From positions 47,058,001 to 47,122,000 of the forward strand of contig OX597826.1 in assembly GCA_951406725.2 (NCBI GenBank): 64,000 nt of DNA, read 5' to 3'. The notes under the pieces are model-generated. The model did no database searches. It was not told the DNA's origin and saw nothing but the letters and a program-made list of their open reading frames with translations. The stretch is from Octopus vulgaris. Its lineage: Eukaryota. The position numbers and the translations under genes were made by a program. Positions 55,969 through 64,000 of the stretch are shown piece by piece (positions within the stretch are counted from its first letter, which is position 1; every line of letters begins with the position of its first letter).

Positions 55969-56478
55969 GCTATTTTCAAAAAATATAATGACGTTAATGC
56001 CTACATTTTGAACATCAGAAATTTTAGTTTATCTACATAATAGCAATATAAACAATGAGCGCGAATCGAAAAATAGCAAAATCACATAATCTCTTGCAAG
56101 TAGCTACATTTTTTTTTTCTGTTCGTTTGTTCTATAATCGCTTTCAGAAAATTGGAATATTTCTCCTTTTCTCTTTTCGTTATCTTTTCTTCTTTATTAT
56201 TATTGGTATTATTATTATTATTATTAATATTATTTTTTTTTTGCCTTGTTTAAGTGGAAGAACTTTTAATATCCAGGTAAATACATACAAACACGTAACT
56301 TGTATTTCGATAGCTTTATCTATCACATCACAGTAAAAAAAAAAAAAAAAACTAAACCTGACGTTGCTTACCGTCAATGGTGTGACAGGAAGTGATATTT
56401 TCTACGTCACTTGGCTGTAACACAAGCGTGTATAATTCCACTCGAGAATAATGTATACACACACATATATGTGTGTAC

Positions 56479-56532
<54 letters not shown>

Positions 56533-56571
56533 CATGTATGTATACATATATATATATATATATATTCACAC

Positions 56572-56623
<52 letters not shown>

Positions 56624-58267
56624 CCGGCAGAGGGGAATTAAAAAATGTAAATGCCCAGTCTTCTGAGAGTCACGTTCAAAAGAATAATCCACTTGAAGAT
56701 GAACCAGAAAATAAATGTTAGAAATAGTTCTTTTTTTTTTATTTTCATTTCCATTAAACTAGTATTGACTGAAAGATTGGTTATGAATAACCATCAGCTA
56801 AGTTGTTCAAATAATTGTATGAAAGCATAGGAGAAATGTTGCGAGAGACAAACAGATGTTCATATAAAACATTTTCTCCAGTTATGGATAAAAATATAAA
56901 TGGAAGTATATATATAAAAAAAGCATTAACCATTTTCCAGCATTATTATTATTATTGTTGTTGTTGTTGTTGTTCTTGTTGTCGTTGTTGTTGTGGTAAG
57001 GTAGGTGAAATGCCATTAAATACTGGTCGACCATTCCTTGAGCTTCAGTTACAACAAGACTTTCAATGGAACCATCAATAAATTCCGGTTCCGGCGCAAA
57101 ACATCAAGTAGTTGTATTTGGAAGAGATGTTATGGAAAAAAGAGAAAAGAAAAAAAGAAAAAGGAGAAGTAAATAAACAAATAAAGAAGGAAACATCTCT
57201 TCTATGTTTCTATTAAAGATTAACGTCCTTTTATTTTCATTTAAAAACTAAGCAAACAATTAACCATTGTGATCTTATCATTCACACCTCGTGTTTGCTA
57301 CAATAATATAAAAAGACGCTTTTTTCCACGTGGCTTAAAAACAAATAAGCAATCATCAAAAACAAGCTCTATAATAACCTAATCAACACCCTTTTACCTG
57401 TATCTTTATAAAATGCAGGCTAAATTGACTCCATATGCTTTGAGGTTTCTGTTCGTCTTTTATATACTTTTCTTTTTTTTTCGTAGGGATGTATTAAATC
57501 TTTGCTATATTTTATCAAAAAGCAATAGAGGATATAATATTTAACCTGTAATGTAGTCTCACAAACATACTCTGTTACATACTTACGCTGTCACATACCT
57601 GTACTGTCACATACTCACATTGCACATACCCGCAATATTACATACCGATGCTTTTAGATAACTTCACAGATATTATACGCACATTCTCATGTACACACAC
57701 CGTGCATTTTCTAAAGTGATGTAAACCAACAGTGAGATATTTACTCACAATTTTCTATAGAGGTGGAATCAAGTCTCTCCCATCAACTTTGTTAAGCAAC
57801 GAACGTCATGAGTGATTTACAATGAGAAGCGAGGTGCGTCATTTAAAAATCTCTTTCGCTTCTTCTTTCAATCTCTTTCTCCCCCTTTCACACTCTCTCT
57901 CTCTTACCCTGTTTCTCAATTCCTGGTGTTACGCTATTGGGAGGGTTCATGAGAGACCACTGATAACATCCCTTTCTCACAGAAATAAAGGGATGAGCAA
58001 AGAACTAGCAGTAATCTTTCACCGAAAAAGCAGATATCCGGCTGAAGACGTTCGCGAACAGCTCCATGTTCAGCGGAGCGCAGAACGGAAATCATGTAAC
58101 TGAAAAGAATATTGACGACGACGAGAATTTTTAAGCTAAGTGTTTATAGATAAGAAAATCAATAAAACAATAGAACAAGCGTTGCCAAACCGTAGCAAAC
58201 GAGAAAATATATCAATCAAATTCCATTTAAAATGCAATAGTACGCAGTTGGTTATTGTTGTGTATGG

Positions 58268-58555
58268 CAGTGCTTCTCAAACTATCTGATGTGGAGTACC
58301 GGTAGACTTTTTTTTTCCAATGTGCCATGGACCGGTAATGTTTCTTAGTAACATTAATTTATACCGGAAACAATATATCAAATGAATATGTCTTATATTA
58401 ATTTTATAAACAAATAATGCAATATCATAATAAGCATTTTATAAGCATTTGGTAAGCATTTTATAATGTTTCTCTTCTGAAAACTCACCACGCACCGGCA
58501 GCCGATGGCTCGCGGACTGGCACCTGTTCGCGGACCACCACTTTGAGTAGCACTT
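58268..58555. mobile_element. hAT (Charlie-like) non-autonomous DNA transposon with 8-bp TSD
   Basis: Ends CAGTGCTTCTCAAA and TTTGAGTAGCACTT; flanks GTGTATGG (58260-58267) and GAGTATGG (58556-58563). Confidence 0.8.
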
Positions 58556-59214
58556 GAGTATGGCACTGTAATAAATTTCTGTTTAAATTTAAGGCTATTT
58601 TTTTTTCTTTCTGGCATTGTATAATCGTGGTCCGACCCATTCGTGCCGGCCTATGTCACGTTACCCGTCTATTACCTTAGGCAATCCATATCTTCGCCTA
58701 GTTGAGGACCACACGGAGCATTGAAACATACGTTTGGGTTTAGAGTGACGCGGTTTTATAAGTGCTTTGAAGAGTTGTAAATGTGTTTGAAACTGTATGT
58801 TGGGATGTTGTAAATATTATAGAAATAGCAATCGCAAGGTTACAGTTTTGATCTGACTGAACAGCTTCTTAGTTAAGTATCTTTTTATCATAGCTTTCAG
58901 TCGATCGAAGACTTCTGAATGAAATTGAATAAATTAAAACCGCGTAGAAGTCCAATGGATGGATTTTATCAGTAAGTTATGGTTCCAAATTTGTTATGCC
59001 GTGTGAAACTAAATTCCAACCGAAGGCACACGTATCTGTTCCATTAAGGGAAGACGTATCTGTGAGATACTCAGCCATTTACATGTTAATTCAAAGAGTT
59101 GGTATTCCATCTGATTGGACAACGGAGTACGTATCGTCGACACCGACAGAGATTCATTAAAATACTGTTCGGGTTTTGTGTACCAGCTTCTATTTTATTT
59201 TTTATTTTTTGGGC

Positions 59215-59422
59215 CAGCCATTGGACTGCGGCTATGCTGAGGCAACGTCTTGGAGTGTTATAATCGAATCGATCGAGCACACTACTTATTTTCTTAAAGC
59301 CTGGTGCTTATTGTACCGTCCCTTTTACTGAGCCGTTATATTACGAGGATCTATACAAACTGACACCGGTTGTCGTGCGGTACTAGGGAACAAAGACAAA
59401 CACAAAGGTACACATACAAACA

Positions 59423-59476
<54 letters not shown>

Positions 59477-59520
59477 TACATATATACATGCATACATACA
59501 TTCATATTTACGACGGTTTT
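59215..59520 (-). mobile_element. Diverged SINE B 3' part
   Basis: CATTGGACTGCGGCTATGCTG...CCGGTTGTC...ACAAAGACAAACAC...TACGACGG. Confidence 0.6.
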
Positions 59521-60339
59521 CTTCTGTTGGAAGTGTCTGAGGGAGAGTATACTGAGGCATCAAACAAGGTTTCTCATATTCTTGAATATTTTGGATTCCA
59601 TTTTTCTCTGTTGAATGCATGTCTATAAATTTCATAATTTCCAAGTTTTGTAGGATCATGGAATGAGTCAAAATACAAACAGCGCTTGCTTATACAAAAA
59701 CAAAAGCAGTGAGAGCGAGAGCTAGATAGAGATGGGGAAAGAGGAAAGGAAAGGAAAAGAGAGAGAGGGAGAGAAAGGGAGAGGAGACAAACATATTGAC
59801 ATCAACTACAGCATTCGCACCAAAAGGAAATATGAACTTAAAAACATTCGCTTGCTATCTGAATTTTCATTTGGTAGTCTTTTGTGAATTAAACAAAACA
59901 GTTAACTACTCTGTACTTGAAGTAAAAACTGTTCTTAAAAGAGATGTACGGAGCTTTCAATTTATTGAGAAGAATGTATGCAAAAAATTTATAAAACAAT
60001 CTGGGCCATAATTGTATTCCATAGAGTTCTAGTAGTGTCAACTTTCTTTACAGTACTTAACGTGACTAAATTTCTACTAAAATATTTTATAGAACGTATC
60101 ATATTTCTAGTTTTATGATACGTTCATATTAAACAAAATGTATTCAATCTTCTCTTATTTTCTGTTATTTTCTATATATCATTTCTCCACTTCTATTAAA
60201 ACCTAACAAATATACTGTTTGTCATCAACATTTTTTTTGACATAAATGTAATTTTAAAGAACATCGACAAGAATAATCTTTTCATAGAAAAGAACCAAAA
60301 TTGAACACATAGAATAAAATGTCTGCAAGAGAAAAATAT

Positions 60340-60384
<45 letters not shown>

Positions 60385-62465
60385 ATATATATATATATAT
60401 ACACATATAAAATTTACATTTATTTGATAAAAAAAAATGACTTGTCAATAACATCGCTCTTTTCATAGCTAGTTTCCCCACTGTACATATAAACACACAT
60501 GCACCATCCACAACCACCGCCCACCAACATACTCTTCGAACACAGTTGCTGTTACACATTTATCATGGGACGAGTAATTAGTTGGAAAACTATTTATGCT
60601 GATACCTTTTACTAACAATCACCACTTATCTCAATTATGCACCATTTTGTCACTGTCGACACCTTTTTTTTTTTTTTTTTACTTCAGGAATGTAAAAGTA
60701 GTGTTGATGTATATTTGCATCTGTGTATTGATCTAAATCGATGCATAAATATGTATATAATTATGCAGAGTAAACTCTATGCCAAGCACATCAATGCATT
60801 TGTTCATAACAAAAAAATATTTTGTACGTATATAACTAAATTGTTGCATATTTACCTGTATTAATAAACATATAGTGATTTTTTTTTAACACGTAACACT
60901 TTTTTTTTTATATAAGCAGAAAGAAAAGCGACATTTAAGAAACTGTTGAAGTGTGCTTTAACTCAATTGTCTAAATGTGAATTTATAGCTGTGTGTAGTG
61001 TTATAAACTTCTGCATGAGATAAAATGGTATCATATTTAAACATTTTTATGTTACAAGTTAGAGATGCGGAGTGTTTTTAGATATAGTAGGTAAACGATG
61101 GGCATACATAAGCAAACACCGTTAAAATATATATCTTGTACGAAGCACATATTTACACCTTGATAATAGATGTCTTTGGTGCGCATTGTATATATTATAT
61201 TATCGGAAAATATTCCTGTTTTGTAAGTCTAGCACAAAATACATATATGAATACAAAACCTGGAATCAAAGGAACAACAAAAAATAGGAATCGTTGGAGT
61301 AGAGTAATTAATAGAGGAGTGAAAAACACGAAAAATGCAATAAATTTCAGACTTATATGTCCCATGATAGACATAGAAAAAAACCATAGCTATGACTAAA
61401 TTAATTCAAAATTTCCATATATTTGTACATTGCTTTGAAAGCAGCCATCATATTGGTGCTGTTCTATTGTGACATTACACAGATGTGCAAGATAAGAGCA
61501 ACAACAATAAGAAATTTGTTTCGCAAAGAACACCTATTTCATCTTGAAGCGGAAATTAATTTCGAAAATTCCAAACGACATATTGGCTTTGGTCTGTCCA
61601 AATATTTGCCAGCAATAACTGGGAACCAGTGAGTGGTTTTGTGAACTCGACCGTTGGAGTTAGCATCCAAGCATACAACTTGGATAAGCTCTCTCTTTGA
61701 CCGGTAACGTACTCAAGAGAGTTATACTCCACCATATTGAAGAGGGGGACAGAAGCCATTATCGTTCACACTCTCTGATTAATGGATGGGAGTGAAGCTG
61801 AAAACAATGAAATATACTAGTCTGCTTCTATAGCAAAACGTAGCAATGGCAGCACCAAATCTCAATATGTGTACGTCATGATACTTAGAGTGGTCAGGCA
61901 GTTTCCGGCAAAAAAAGTAAAAGAAAAACAATAAACAAATATATAAATAAACAACAACTGCAAAACACAAAAACGTTAGATATTATATTTTTGATGGCAT
62001 TCAACATAATACGTTTTTTTGTGAATGGAGAAAGTTAATAGGTGAAGTTGAGCGCATATGTACAATAAAATCCGTCTCGTTTCATAGCATTGACTCAATC
62101 CAATCATAGAATCTCTGAGCGGACCAAGCTTTCTGATGAAATAAAGATAAAGATATGAAAAAATAAAGAAATTTAATAAGGACTATATTCTGTGGTGAAC
62201 TCGGTAAGTTATCGGAGATTTTTCGCCCAAACATCAGAAGACATTATTCACCAAAATACGATTTTGGCTTTACAGTAGACGCAAAGAACCTCATTCTTCT
62301 AAACACTAAAAGAAAAATCTTGGGAAGAAAGCATATAAGAAATAATGTTTTCTCACATTTTTTTTTTAATTTATTTTTTAGATGTGTGATGAATATATAC
62401 GCAAACACATACGAATACATGTATAATTATACATGCACATGTACATACATATATATACTCATATA

Positions 62466-62513
<48 letters not shown>

Positions 62514-62558
62514 GTATGTATGTATGTATGTATGTATATATACATATATATATACACA

Positions 62559-62624
<66 letters not shown>

Positions 62625-62747
62625 TATACATAAATACATATACGTATATATAAATATATATATGAATATAAAAGGAGAGTGGGAGAGAGAAATGTATGGA
62701 TATACAAATAATATGTCTCTCGGTTAGATAGATAAATAGATAGGTAG

Positions 62748-62778
<31 letters not shown>

Positions 62779-63609
62779 GATAGGTACATCTTTATGCTTA
62801 TATTTATTTATAAATACATGTACATCTATATATATATATATATGATATATATCATATATATATGCATATATATTTTTTTTCCTTATATATATATATGTAT
62901 ATATATATATTGATAAGCACACACGCACACACAAAAAACAAACACAGACACACACATGCACATTTATATGCATATGAGTGCGTGCGTGTGGGTGAGAATG
63001 TGAATGTGTAATATTTCCATTTTACTATCTCATATAGCAAGCTGTTTGGCTGTTGGTTTTTGTTCGCTAGTGTGTTTTCTTTACATATATCTCATTATGT
63101 ACAAAAATATTTTCAATAGAAAGATATATATCTATTCTCCTTAGATTTTTTTTATTTGTTTATTAATTTTTGTTGCTTGATTCCTAAGCAGTAAAGCCAT
63201 TCTACCATTTATTTTTTTTTATTTTATTGGCTGTAAGTGACGATACTACCAAAGTGCCGTCACCAACCAAACTATACACTTCCTGGAGTTCTGCGATCAA
63301 AATTCTCCGTTTAGAACTGCAAAGGATATCATTAATTTCAACGTTACTATTGTCATCAGACAATTCTTCCACGTTAGCATTATCGTTCCAAAAAGGCAGA
63401 AAGACATCTTTTCAAAAGTTCTCTGTTCATATTACAGATATATGGATATACAGACAGCTTTATGAATACACGCATCTCACAGACACAAGCAGGCATACAC
63501 AGATACACAGACACACAAACACACATGTTCACTTGCGCGTGCTGCGACTGAGGCACACGTGTGCATGTCTTGCAATATATATCCACATAAATTTATATAT
63601 ATATATATA

Positions 63610-63745
63610 TTTCTCTCCTTGTTTTTTCTGTGTCCGTTTCTGTAGAAGAGCGTAAAAGCCTTTTTCTATTCCTGAGCGTTATACTAATACATCTGTTTGT
63701 TTTGTACACCACCTGTCTTCGTCTTTTGTTTTTTTCGTAAACTCT

Positions 63746-63750
<5 letters not shown>
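63610..63750 (+). mobile_element. Family F repeat, with an internal deletion in the hammerhead-like motif
   Basis: Homologous to the reverse complement of 4392-4548. Confidence 0.7.
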
Positions 63751-63817
<67 letters not shown>

Positions 63818-63837
63818 CTATCTATCTTTCTATCTAT

Positions 63838-63884
<47 letters not shown>

Positions 63885-64000
63885 GATATATAGGTATATA
63901 TGTGTGTGTGTGTAAAAAAGGTTGAATTAGATTCGTCCTTTAATTTGGAGGTTCCCAAAAGAAGTTTTCTAATATAGATTCTTCATAGTTAGCTAGTAGC

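Noticed and set aside
57565-57650. Five degenerate ~16-bp units containing ACATAC, superficially array-like
   Set aside because: A decayed minisatellite with no unique spacers and no cas genes, in eukaryotic context; not CRISPR.
58036-58105. CTGAAGA-CGTTC...GAACG-GAAA hammerhead-like match
   Set aside because: Stem II pairs but starts with C-G, and no convincing stem I forms; probably chance.
61556-61800. 67-aa minus-strand ORF behind a plausible splice acceptor
   Set aside because: No recognisable family and no downstream donor; cannot be supported.
63190-63410. Open acidic stretch on the minus strand (VEELSDDNSNVEINDILCSSKRRILI...)
   Set aside because: No start codon or good acceptor and it ends in an A-rich tract; at most an unidentifiable transposon remnant.

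Overview
AT-rich, microsatellite-saturated eukaryotic DNA with no intact protein-coding gene that I can support. Almost all ORFs in the supplied track are translations of (TA)n, (CA)n, (TACA)n, (ATT)n and similar repeats. The repeat families look like those of an octopus/coleoid cephalopod genome (inference from recalled SINE sequences, not a search). Contents: about 30 copies of at least five tRNA-derived SINE families, several with clear target-site duplications and one dimeric form; decayed non-LTR retrotransposons (R4/Dong-type RLE LINE, L1/Tx1-type C-terminus, Penelope-like GIY-YIG endonuclease remnants); a decayed Tc1 transposon; a hAT-type MITE; and several large palindromes. The most interesting signal is a set of short non-coding Penelope-like/retrozyme-type repeats carrying type I hammerhead ribozyme motifs. 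Some have canonical cores (6267-6324 +, 37831-37875 -). Others have natural core variants: a compensatory G3-C8 swap (34192-34242 -), a U6 shared by two copies of one family (4485-4520 -, 63636-63658 +) and a C6 (37977-38022 +). All calls come from reading the sequence by eye; boundaries of old repeats are approximate.
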